This document shows positions 17,174-26,957 of a stretch of 64,000 nucleotides of DNA, piece by piece. The stretch's first letter is position 1; each line of letters begins with the position of its first letter. Below the pieces are notes generated by a model. That model was not told where the DNA came from and ran no database searches. It saw only the letters and a list, made by a program, of their open reading frames with translations. Location of the stretch: positions 32,001-96,000 of the IMG/VR virus record IMGVR_UViG_3300029959_000004; one strand, 5' to 3'. A program made the position numbers and the translations under genes. Source of the stretch: a virus.

Positions 17174-17387
17174 ACTTTCACCTCCTTTCTAATTATCTGT
17201 TAATTTATTAACTAAATAAATTATAATCTTATAATCCTCATCTCTTAATAATTTTCCTTCTTTATTAAAATATTTATACTCTGCCGGCAACCCCGCCGTA
17301 ATCCGCGGAAGTTGTTCAAGAGCAATAGTCCAGTTAAGAAAATCCGGATAGGACTTTTTAGCACTTTCCCTTACTTTAAGTAAATCT

Positions 17388-17825
17388 TTAACTTTCATTC
17401 AGCAACTCCGGGTTCTCATAGATATTGCCAATAACGATAAATTTGGGTTTAGGACTAGTATCGCCATCAGATAAACTTATATAATTTCTACCATCTGGTG
17501 TACCGAAACCAACAAGATCATTCCTATAAATTACTGTATTGATTCGTTTACCAACCCAAGAATTTTCCTCAATAATGTCACCTTCATAAATCTCCTTGCC
17601 ATTCTTATCAAGCAAGCCGGTGAATTCTCCTACTGTTTTAGGGTCAACAAACCAAAAACTAAATTCATTGCTAATAATAGTGTCGCCTTTAGAATTAACG
17701 TTAAGATAGCCATAAACCCATTTCCTGGTTTCTATAGTTTTAGCTCTAAATTTAATTAGTCTCATTTTCTTTATATCTTTCACTGCAATTGCAACCGTTC
17801 GTTCTGCTCTAAGTTCATAAAACAT
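17388..17825 (-). CDS. YopX-family protein
   Basis: IKFRA, WVYG, GEFTGLLDKNGKEIYEGDII, VIGNIYENPELL; true start may be MRLIKF. Confidence 0.85.
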   Translation of the reverse strand: MFYELRAERTVAIAVKDIKKMRLIKFRAKTIETRKWVYGYLNVNSKGDTIISNEFSFWFVDPKTVGEFTGLLDKNGKEIYEGDIIEENSWVGKRINTVIYRNDLVGFGTPDGRNYISLSDGDTSPKPKFIVIGNIYENPELLNES

Positions 17826-18147
17826 AGCTATCTCCTTTCTAATTCCTAATTTTAAAAAACAATATATCTCTACAAGAAAGTTTTAAACCCTCTCTTATTT
17901 AATCAAAGATTGCATTATTACAGCATATACAATTACTGAACCCACGTTAATTACAATAAACTTAAGCTCTTCTTTCATTCTTTTTTCCTTTTATCTTCTA
18001 TTTTACATAGACAGTCTTTACAAACAAACCATATATTATGTTCCATATTGTAATAACCGCCTTTTATCTCACTTGCTCCTTCTGTTAAACATATATCACA
18101 AGGTATATATATTTTTCTTCTGTCTTCTCTTTTCTGTTCTTCTTGTG

Positions 18148-18426
18148 TCATTTTAATTTTTCTCCTCTAATCAAGTTTTCTTCACAGTCTCCGGGTCCAT
18201 ATTTAATATTAAATAAATATCCTTTATATTCATAACCAACAAAAACACCTTTGTATTTAGCTTCTTTAAAGTCTTTTTGACTTTTTAAACTTTCCCAAGC
18301 TTTATTATTAGGAGAATAATATAGATTTATTCCACATTCCCCATATTTTAAAGCAATTTCAAACCATTCTAATACATTTTTCTTAGCTTTTTTTAATTCT
18401 TCTATTTCCTGTTCTTCTAAAGTCAT
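18148..18426 (-). CDS. hypothetical protein
   Basis: ORF track, coupled to 18423..18614. Confidence 0.55.
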   Translation of the reverse strand: MTLEEQEIEELKKAKKNVLEWFEIALKYGECGINLYYSPNNKAWESLKSQKDFKEAKYKGVFVGYEYKGYLFNIKYGPGDCEENLIRGEKLK

Positions 18427-20474
18427 TTTAACTCCTCTGTAATTATATCTTCTTGTTCACCTATATAAAAAGCATCGTCTCCGTATTCTCCATCTATTGC
18501 ACTTAATTTAGTGTCGTCTTCAAATACAAGAGTATAATAGTATCCACACAGACCCTTTCTTTTTTGTATAGTCTTTATTGTTTTTCCTATAAAACGTTTT
18601 AAATCTTCTTCCATTATATTCTCCTCTTTAATTCCTCATTTTTAATAACAAAAAATCTATATAGTATAACTCTATTCCAATTATATTATTTAGGGAATTA
18701 AAATAAGACTATTCCTTTATATTGAAAAGTAAATCCTGATAAATAATGCTTTCACTCTTTATTTTCACTTCTTTAGCGTTTTTTAACTGTCTTTTAACAT
18801 AATTCTCTAAAACTTGTATAGCTTTTTCTCTATCCAATTTTATTTCCATCTTATTTTCCTCATTTAACTAAATTAAATATGGTAATTTCGCCTTTTTTCT
18901 CTTTTTCTAACCATATTGATATATCTTTACGAGAAATTTCTCTTGAGAAGAGTATTCCGTTATGTTTATCATCATTTTTGAAGTATTCTATCACACTAAT
19001 TCTTTTAATCCATCTCATAAAATCATTCATTTAAAACTCCATTTTAACCAACCTTTAATTACTTTTTTTAGCCCTTTTAAAGACTTAATATAAGGTACTT
19101 TACCACATATAAAACATACTTCCCACATATTTAGTGGGTCTGCACAACCACAATTCAAACAAAAAGAATCCTTAGCTGATTTTAACTGTTTTCTTAATTC
19201 AATTAAATCAACACATTCATCCAAAATTATTGCTTCGTCAATTTTCATTCTTGATATGTTTCATCCATTGGGAAGAAACTCTTATTTTCTATTGGTTCAA
19301 TCATTTTCTCCAGTAATAATAGTCCAAATAATACCTATTTTTAGCTTATTAAAGTTTTTTTTCAAAAGAAGACAAATCTCATTTACAGAAAAATTGTTTT
19401 TAATAAAATCTGTAGTTTCTTTATCTTTTAAATAAAAATTTGCCATATCAAATACATACCAATAATGTAACCTTTTATTTTTCAATTCTTCAAGTTTTTC
19501 TAATTTTATTTTTAATTTTTTAGTAAGTTTCATTCTTTACTCCTTATCTCACAATACTTACCTCTTAATTGCTTTAATGACATCCGATTAGCTTTCTCAC
19601 GAGTTAATATCTTCTGATCCTCAAACCATTGAACATATTGCCACTTATGAGTTGGAAGCCAAAAATTTCCCATCTTTTCCTCTCTTTCTACCGCCATATT
19701 TTTGGTGGCAAATTACACATAATCTTTTCCAGTCTTCTCTTCTACTTTTTTTACTCATATTATCATCCATCCTAACTCTTTACAACTCTCATAATACGCT
19801 TTAAAATTAACATTCTGTTGAGTTATTCCATTTTTTAAATCACTTTGATACATATCAAAAATATAATCTAAATCTACCAATCTAAAAAACTTTTTTCTTA
19901 TTTCTTCAATTCTACTCATTTATCTTCTCCGATCATATCTTTAGTCATCTTAACTGCTAAAGCTGTTTTTAAGATTCCATCTGCCGCCACTACCCAAACT
20001 AACTCGTTTTCAGTTTCTATTAGTTTACCAAGCAATTCTGTGGTTTTCCTAAGAAATTCATTCTTATCCGGTGTTAATATCTTATCAACTGAAACTATTA
20101 TATTTCCTTCTCTTATTTCCATATTGTTCTCCTATTATACTACAATAAAATCTAATTCCGTCATAATATCTAATACTTCTCTTTCACTTACCTTGAACGC
20201 TTCAGCTATTTCATAAGTGGACATATTGGTTCTCATCAAAGCATTCTTAATTCCTGCAAATACTTCATTTTCCATCTCACTCCTCCTTTAAAATTGCTCA
20301 ATAACTCTGTAAATACTTATTTTACCTTTTCTTTTTAGTTTATTTTTAATAAATTCTTCAATTTTATCACATAATTCATCTTGTTCCTCTTTACTATTAA
20401 CAACTAATTCTCCCTCAAAATATAAAAATCTTAAATTCTCTTTGTTTTTCATCTTATTCCTCATTATAGATAAC

Positions 20475-20510
20475 AAAAAAACCGTCTACTCCTGTTACGA
20501 ATAGACGGTC
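20475..20510 (-). terminator. intrinsic terminator
   Basis: ACCGUCUA...UAGACGGU stem followed by a U run on the minus strand. Confidence 0.65.
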
Positions 20511-21062
20511 ATTAGAAAACTTAATTTTTAGTTTATCCATCTCTCTCCTTAAGAAAATGGACGTTGATAATATGTTAATTCATTGTATTTCCTATTCTTT
20601 TATTATAGTAGAGCTGGTTTTCTCCACTTCTTATATTATGATATATTAGGATACTCACCAGCTCTTCTTTCTATAATAAAACCGGGAATCCTGTTAGTGA
20701 TAGAGGGGGCATCTGCCCTTCCTTTACTATTCACTAAAGCAGATTTAGAACTATCCAAGATTCCCGGCACTTTTACTTTATACATATTTCAATTCCTTCA
20801 TTTAGTTTATCTATAAGATTATGTAATAAACCTTTACATTTTTTACATATTGTGTATCTTTTTACTTCTTCTTTATTTAAAGGTTTATTACACTCTTGGC
20901 ATTTTTCTGTCTTTCCCACGCTTAACTCCTTTTAGTCATTATCTATAAAATCCACTTCTTTTTCTCTATCGCTTTGCCTCTCTGTTCTGCCACATAAACA
21001 TCTTGAGCATTCTCCAGGAACCTCTCTACCGCAAACACAAATCCAAGTAGGTTCTATCATTT

Positions 21063-21344
21063 TTATTCTCCTAATATAGAATTAACTAACTTATTAGTTT
21101 CATCTGAAGTAATTTCTTGTTCTATTTCAACGTTTTCTGGTAGTTTTTTATGTTTTAATAACAAGCTAATCCAGTCTTTATGTTTGCAGTAATTACGATA
21201 TATTCCAGATAAACAAGAGCAAACATATTGTTTTTTGTCTTTTACTAATCTGTAATTCTGAGAAAACTCTCCATTTAAGAACTTAGATATTACATATTCC
21301 GAAGAATTTTTCTTATGTACTATATAATTTATATCTTTGTGCAT
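21063..21344 (-). CDS. SWIM zinc-finger protein
   Basis: CSC...CKH. Confidence 0.7.
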   Translation of the reverse strand: MHKDINYIVHKKNSSEYVISKFLNGEFSQNYRLVKDKKQYVCSCLSGIYRNYCKHKDWISLLLKHKKLPENVEIEQEITSDETNKLVNSILGE

Positions 21345-22109
21345 TTATTTTATAACCTCAACTCTAACATTTAACAATCCATCATTAATATTTCCTATTC
21401 TTTTAAATGCCTCCGGAGTTAAATCTATTACTCTACCCGGTTTTAGTGTACCGCAATCATTATGACGTACTATAACTGACTTTCCATTATCAATATTAGT
21501 TACTTTATAAGATTTTCCATAGGTTTTAATTCCTTTCTTTAATGCACAAGTTAATTCATTAGCATTAAAGCGTTCTCCTGTTGCTGTAATTGTATCCTTA
21601 TAAAAAGAAGCTTTACCTATCATAACTTTAACTCCAACTAAATTGGCTCTAATATAATCTAAATTCAATCCTTTTCCTGGACATTCCTCGTGATGCCTTT
21701 CAATATTACTAATTCTCAACTGATTTAAAAGAGATATTAACGACTTTTTTTGTGCTTCCGTAAACTTATCATTACCGGTTAAACATATTCCAACTAAATT
21801 ATTGCGACCTTTAGAGTGAGCTCCTATTTTATTGATATTACGACCTTTTTCAATACTACCATCTGTTCTAATTACAAAATGATATCCAATACCATCAAAA
21901 CCTCGTGCTTTATGCCAAGTATCAATAGTTTTAGCACTTACATCCGCAGAAGCCGAATGATGTATTACAGCTCTGCTAAGATCCATTTGCGATATTGTAG
22001 CATTTATCTTCTTTATAGCTCTATTTCTAGTATGCCCCGCAGCAAAAGCTGAACTATTGAATACTAATAAGAAAACCAAAGCTAAATATATTTTCTTTTT
22101 GTTATTCAT
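21345..22109 (-). CDS. secreted peptidoglycan hydrolase: signal peptide + Amidase_2 + RlpA-like double-psi beta-barrel
   Basis: AFA|A signal; VIHHSA, IGYHFVI, GAH, GICL; then GKASFY, TATGERFN, SVIVRHND, RVIDLT. Confidence 0.85.
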   Translation of the reverse strand: MNNKKKIYLALVFLLVFNSSAFAAGHTRNRAIKKINATISQMDLSRAVIHHSASADVSAKTIDTWHKARGFDGIGYHFVIRTDGSIEKGRNINKIGAHSKGRNNLVGICLTGNDKFTEAQKKSLISLLNQLRISNIERHHEECPGKGLNLDYIRANLVGVKVMIGKASFYKDTITATGERFNANELTCALKKGIKTYGKSYKVTNIDNGKSVIVRHNDCGTLKPGRVIDLTPEAFKRIGNINDGLLNVRVEVIK

Positions 22110-22673
22110 ATTCTTTTATGCTGGATTAGCGTATTCGCTTTCATCCGCTACTTTACCACTTAATAACACAATAATACCGAGTAATATATTCATATTTATC
22201 TCCTATGTTTCGCTAAAGTCAATCCAGCCCAATCTATATGAGCATATCCTTGTTCCTTAGTATTCTTCATATAAAACTTGCAATTCATAGTCATCCAAAG
22301 ACTTTTCGGACTATTAAACGGTCTAATCTCCATAATACGTAAAAACTCTTCTCTTTTATGCAACTCTTCAAATTCCTTGTCTAATCCTTCTCTTGAACCA
22401 GTAAAAACAACAGATTTAACTCCTAAAGAGTTAAATTCTTCTAACAATTCGTCTTTTTCTGTCTTATGCTCCAAAAGTAACATATTTAACTCCATATTGC
22501 TTTTTAAATCTATTTTTCTAATGAAAACGTTTTCTTTTCTGTGTATAACTCTGTTAATAACTAATCCTAACTTATTAACAAACTTATTAACTTTTATGTG
22601 ATTTCCTTCACAAAAACCTTTAAAAAAATTTATGTATAACAAGATAAAACACAAGAAAACTCTTTTTATTAGT

Positions 22674-22949
22674 TTATAACTTGACGATTGCCTCATTAAA
22701 GTAATGAGTATCAACCGTCTTTACTACAAAAGACTTACCTCTTGAAACTTCAATACCTAACTTCTTTAAAGCAGAATACAACGCCTGAATATGTATCTTG
22801 TCGCAATCAAGCATTTCTGCCGTAATCTTAGTAATCTCTGCTTTGTTAGCCTTCTCACTTCTTAAGAAATCAAGAAGTTTATTGCTAACGCTGTTAACCC
22901 TAACTCTTGAAACACTTGCTAAAGCGTCAAACTCATTTAATAAACTCAT
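22674..22949 (-). CDS. small putative DNA-binding protein, first gene of leftward arm
   Basis: ORF track; wHTH-like pattern is inference. Confidence 0.5.
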   Translation of the reverse strand: MSLLNEFDALASVSRVRVNSVSNKLLDFLRSEKANKAEITKITAEMLDCDKIHIQALYSALKKLGIEVSRGKSFVVKTVDTHYFNEAIVKL

Positions 22950-23050
22950 TTTAATCCCCCTTTTTATTAGTTAATTTGCGACTATTCTTTAATAAATAGT
23001 TTTTGCTGTTAGATACTTAACTAATTTTAGGAGTTTTCTTGTGCTTTAAC

Positions 23051-23062
23051 TTGTCAAAGATC
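23051..23062 (-). promoter_or_regulatory. boxA-like element in leader of leftward operon
   Basis: GATCTTTGACAA about 40 nt downstream of a candidate promoter. Confidence 0.6.
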
Positions 23063-23104
23063 CGTGCTATTTCCTAATTACTCTTGCTTGCTTCTTACTC
23101 TCTT

Positions 23105-23132
23105 ACTATAACACTATAAGAAAATATGTAAA
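23105..23132 (-). promoter_or_regulatory. candidate leftward sigma70 promoter
   Basis: TTTACA-16 nt-TATAGT with extended TG. Confidence 0.45.
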
Positions 23133-23498
23133 GATAAATTCAATCAAACTTGTTTTCTCAAGACTTCAAAAGCCGACTATACTAAACATACTATCAAGAT
23201 AATACTATAATAGTATAATAATAAGAGATAATACTCAATACTTAAAAGCTCGTCGCTGTTAAGTAAATCTTATACTAAGTCAATAGTCTTTTTCTCTATC
23301 TATATGCACGGGTACAGTTTAGCTATGCGTTCCGAGAGTAAAAATAGACTCGACTGTTCCTTTCTCTGAATTTAACCTTATTTATTACAACGTATTGTGT
23401 GTATAATTGCTTGTTAATGAGTGTTTATGTCATATTCTTATTTATTTTGTATAATTTATGATTATTTAGATTAATTTTAAAAATAGTTAAAATAAGTC

Positions 23499-23526
23499 TT
23501 GACAAATGATTGATTTTGTATATAAA
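23499..23526 (+). promoter_or_regulatory. candidate rightward sigma70 promoter
   Basis: TTGACA-16 nt-TATAAA in the AT-rich divergent gap. Confidence 0.45.
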
Positions 23527-23770
23527 TATATATGAGAGCTATGAATATTGATACTATATTTATTTTTAATATAACTACATATATAACAACAAGTTAAGTA
23601 TAAAATGAGTAAAAAAAGAGTATTTAGAAGAGAAACTAAGAGTATATCTGAACAAGTAGAAGATCACTTTAAGTATATGTCTCACAAGGGAGCTAGAAAG
23701 CAGAAAATTGTTAATTTTAAAGACCCTCTGTGGAGACCGAACGGAAATTTAATAGAATAAAGGAAATAAT

Positions 23771-24046
23771 ATGTCAAACAACAGCAGAATCAATCCGATG
23801 TATATAGATACTACTGGATCTTTAATAGGAGTTAATACAAGAATATCTATTAATGGTATTTTAGTATTACCTAGTAATGCTACTTGGGCTATAACAATTA
23901 AGAATGGTGCTGGAGATACAATTTTCTTTGCAGATAACGTTGGTTCTAACGGGGCTATGCCTCCGTGTGTTCCTTTTTGGTCTACTGGATTAGAAGTAAC
24001 TACTTTAACTAATTGTACGGCGTTAATTTATACGAATCCTAGTTAA
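23771..24046 (+). CDS. small beta-rich protein, possibly a virion decoration
   Basis: ORF track; SD AAGGA; composition. Confidence 0.5.
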   Translation: MSNNSRINPMYIDTTGSLIGVNTRISINGILVLPSNATWAITIKNGAGDTIFFADNVGSNGAMPPCVPFWSTGLEVTTLTNCTALIYTNPS

Positions 24047-24052
24047 CTAACT

Positions 24053-24127
24053 GCTCGATAAGCATAGACAGCGATGCAGTGGTTTTGTAAACCACAGAGC
24101 TCAGTGCATGTCTGAGATTGAGCTCCA
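24053..24127 (+). tRNA. tRNA-Thr(UGU) with encoded CCA and atypical D/T loops
   Basis: Acceptor GCTCGAT/ATTGAGC; D stem GCAT/ATGC; anticodon arm GTGGT-TTTGTAA-ACCAC; T arm CTCAG-TGCATGT-CTGAG; ends TCCA. Confidence 0.85.
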
Positions 24128-24219
24128 TTTAACAGTAAAGGAGATAAAGATGAACAAAAATTTAGAAATTCTGTTATGGGGTACAGATGAAGAGTTTCAC
24201 AACCTATTGAGAGAACTAC

Positions 24220-24999
24220 GTGATAGACAAAACGAAGAAAAGAGTTCTGACTGAAGACTCACCATATAGAGATAAAGCGGATGTTAATATAGTAAGTAAG
24301 AGAGCGTTGAAATTAGGTGTAGAGGGTCTTTTTACAGACAAAGAAGAAATTAAACTAGCTAAAGAGCTAGAAAAGAAGTATCTGACTGAATACAACATAG
24401 AAACAGTCTCAGATAAGAATCTATTATACTATCTAATCTACTTAGAGGTATTACATACAGCAAAGCTTCAAAAAACAGCTAACGAGTTCACCGTAAGCAA
24501 TGATAACCTACCGTTGCAACTTCTAGATGCAATTCACAAGAATATAAATCAAATAATAGAGATTAAAGATAAGCTTGGACTTACAAAAAAAGAAGAAGTC
24601 TCAAACGACGCTTATCAGTCGTTGGAGCTTCTGAAGAAGAAGTTCAAAGTTTGGGCAGAGAACAATCAGGCTTCACGAACTTTAGTATGTCCTCACTGTT
24701 CACAGATGATTATGTTAAAGATGCGTACAGAAGCTTGGGAAGCTCAAAAACACACATTTTTTAAAGACAGACTACTGGGTAATGAATCGCTAATACGTCT
24801 CTATAAGTTAGGAAGACTAACTAAAGAGGAAGTAGCTTCCGTTTTAGGTACTAGTTCAGACTATACAGAGTGGCTGATAAATCATTGGAGTGTAGATGTA
24901 AACACTCCTTCCAAAGCAGGCATACACTCTGAACAAGAAGCTACAGAAGTTAAGAAAGAAAACAATGTAGAAAAAGAAATTGTTCAAGAAGAAAAGTAG
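24220..24999 (+). CDS. putative terminase small subunit
   Basis: Position upstream of TerL; helical, CPHC knuckle, C-terminal HTH-like segment. Confidence 0.45.
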   Translation: MIDKTKKRVLTEDSPYRDKADVNIVSKRALKLGVEGLFTDKEEIKLAKELEKKYLTEYNIETVSDKNLLYYLIYLEVLHTAKLQKTANEFTVSNDNLPLQLLDAIHKNINQIIEIKDKLGLTKKEEVSNDAYQSLELLKKKFKVWAENNQASRTLVCPHCSQMIMLKMRTEAWEAQKHTFFKDRLLGNESLIRLYKLGRLTKEEVASVLGTSSDYTEWLINHWSVDVNTPSKAGIHSEQEATEVKKENNVEKEIVQEEK

Positions 25000-25342
25000 T
25001 AGCGGCCGTGTATTAGTCACAAATCAATGGATTCAAGGCATCGTCGCTCACTAGTTAGGCGTAAGGCTCTATACCTTGAAAACTCTATTCTGAGTACAGT
25101 AGTGTAATATTTAACTACTAAAGTCTAATTAGCTTGTTTATTAGTATATCTTAAAACTAACTAGTTTTAGAGTAAATTTTAATATAGATAGTGAAGGAGT
25201 CTTTAAAGAATTAAACAGATTTATTACAACACTATTTAGAGTAATTAAATATTATTAAAAAAGATTTTACTACGAAGCAACATGAATTTTATGTTGCTGA
25301 GACCAAGCAAAGCTTGGTAGTGTGAAGAACTATTAAGTCATT

Positions 25343-26935
25343 ATGCTTTTAGAAAAAATAGAAGAATCCGAATTAGAGTTTTTAGAACTATTAAACTATC
25401 CAATATCTTTTATAGAAACTGTATTTAGTAATCTAGATAATTTAACATTACTAGAAGAAGATACTTTCAGTAATGTAAGACTATATCAATTTCCTTTACT
25501 TTCTTATGAGTATTTAGTAGATAATATACCTCATTTTAGCGAAAAAGAGAATTTTAAGTTAAAAGAGAACAGTGGCAGTATTTATTGTTTTGGAGGACGT
25601 AGATTTGGTAAAACACTATTGGTAGAGATAGCAGATTTATTACTTTCAATGGTTCATAATAACGGTGAATCTTGTGGATTTAGTTCTTTTGATGCTATGC
25701 ACATAAGAAGCATACTAGAGAAAGTAATACAAGTATTAGAGAATCACGTGTTCTTTCAAATATTTGAAGCTCAAATAAATAGAAGCCCTACTTATAGAAT
25801 TTTTCTTAAAAGAAATGGATACTGTTGCGAATCTATAAACATGAACTTGAGTGGTGAAAATTCCGGAGGACAGTTCTTTCAGAAGCATCTTACTAGACTG
25901 TACGTGGAAGAGGCTAGTTTTGAAACTCAGAAGGTATATGAGAAGAGACTAGATGCTATAAGTGAAAACGGCTGTGTTAATAGAATAGCTGGAATGACTA
26001 ACTTTACTAAATATAGTCCAGCAGGTAAAGCTTTTTATGATTTAACTAGAAAATCTTTATTAATTAACTATCCTCAGTACGTAAATCCAAAATGGGGTGA
26101 AGCTGAAAAACAGAGAGCTATTAGAGAGCATGGCGGGGAAGATTCGATGGGTTATAGAATCTTCGTTAGAGGAGAAGTAGTTGAAGATGGCGTATCCGCT
26201 ATAGATATGGAAAGAGTTCGTAAGAACTATAATACTAAGAAAACCATTAAACATATAGAAGTTAGTAAAGAAAACTTTGGTAATTTTGAAAATATAATAA
26301 TAGTAGAAAGACCTCTTAATTCAGATAGATTGTTTGTGTGTGCTGACATTGGTGAAGCGATTACTGAAATAGTTCTTGTTTCGGAAGTTAATAATAAATA
26401 TTATTATCTATATAACATTACTTTATATAATCTAAGCGATAAAGAACAATTTAAGATTTTTAAGTACATAGGTGAAAAAACATCCGCTAATTTAATTGGA
26501 TTAGACGTTACTGATGGTATGGGTAGAGCAATTTATCGTTCATTAGAAGAAGTTTTTCCTAAAGAAAATCTTTGTTGGGTAGGATTTAACGAAAAGATTA
26601 GAGTAGAGATAGAAAAAGACGATAAAGATAATGTTATACTTAAGGATGGTAAACCGGTTTGGAAAGAGGAATATGTTGATAGTTGGTCTGTAAAGAGATT
26701 AAGAGATTTATTATATGAAGAGGGAAAATTCGAACTGCCTTTAGATTATAAATTTGATTCTCAATTAAATCAAGTAATCGCTACTCAGTCTGGAAATAGA
26801 ACGCTATACACGTGTATTTCAGCAGAAGATCACTTATTCGCCGCTTTTAGAGTGTTTGGAATAACAGAGTGGACAAATTATTTAACTATAGTAAAAAATA
26901 TTAAAAAGAAGAAATTTTTTAAATCCGGGGTATGA
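25343..26935 (+). CDS. terminase large subunit
   Basis: Walker A GGRRFGKT; Walker B LYVEEA; nuclease CADIG and EDHLFAA. Confidence 0.8.
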   Translation: MLLEKIEESELEFLELLNYPISFIETVFSNLDNLTLLEEDTFSNVRLYQFPLLSYEYLVDNIPHFSEKENFKLKENSGSIYCFGGRRFGKTLLVEIADLLLSMVHNNGESCGFSSFDAMHIRSILEKVIQVLENHVFFQIFEAQINRSPTYRIFLKRNGYCCESINMNLSGENSGGQFFQKHLTRLYVEEASFETQKVYEKRLDAISENGCVNRIAGMTNFTKYSPAGKAFYDLTRKSLLINYPQYVNPKWGEAEKQRAIREHGGEDSMGYRIFVRGEVVEDGVSAIDMERVRKNYNTKKTIKHIEVSKENFGNFENIIIVERPLNSDRLFVCADIGEAITEIVLVSEVNNKYYYLYNITLYNLSDKEQFKIFKYIGEKTSANLIGLDVTDGMGRAIYRSLEEVFPKENLCWVGFNEKIRVEIEKDDKDNVILKDGKPVWKEEYVDSWSVKRLRDLLYEEGKFELPLDYKFDSQLNQVIATQSGNRTLYTCISAEDHLFAAFRVFGITEWTNYLTIVKNIKKKKFFKSGV

Positions 26936-26957
26936 TAATAAAAAATCAGAGGCATAA

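Noticed and set aside
944-22601. Plus-strand ORFs in the left arm (e.g. 1890, 3668, 3867, 16074, 20583, 21816, 22278)
   Set aside because: They are antisense to the minus-strand gene run and have no recognisable motifs.
22496-22714. N-terminal 73 aa of ORF 22196..22714
   Set aside because: Non-ATG start overlapping the upstream gene; the real start may be ATG at 22495, so I did not call it as annotated.
15847-23062. TTGACA within the two TCTTTGACAA sites as -35 boxes
   Set aside because: No -10 hexamer at 16-18 nt spacing in either; a boxA-like reading fits better.
25270-25325. Fourth hammerhead (CGAA...hairpin...CTGAGA...hairpin)
   Set aside because: Element order and core (CUGAGA, no GAAA after stem II) fit no hammerhead topology.
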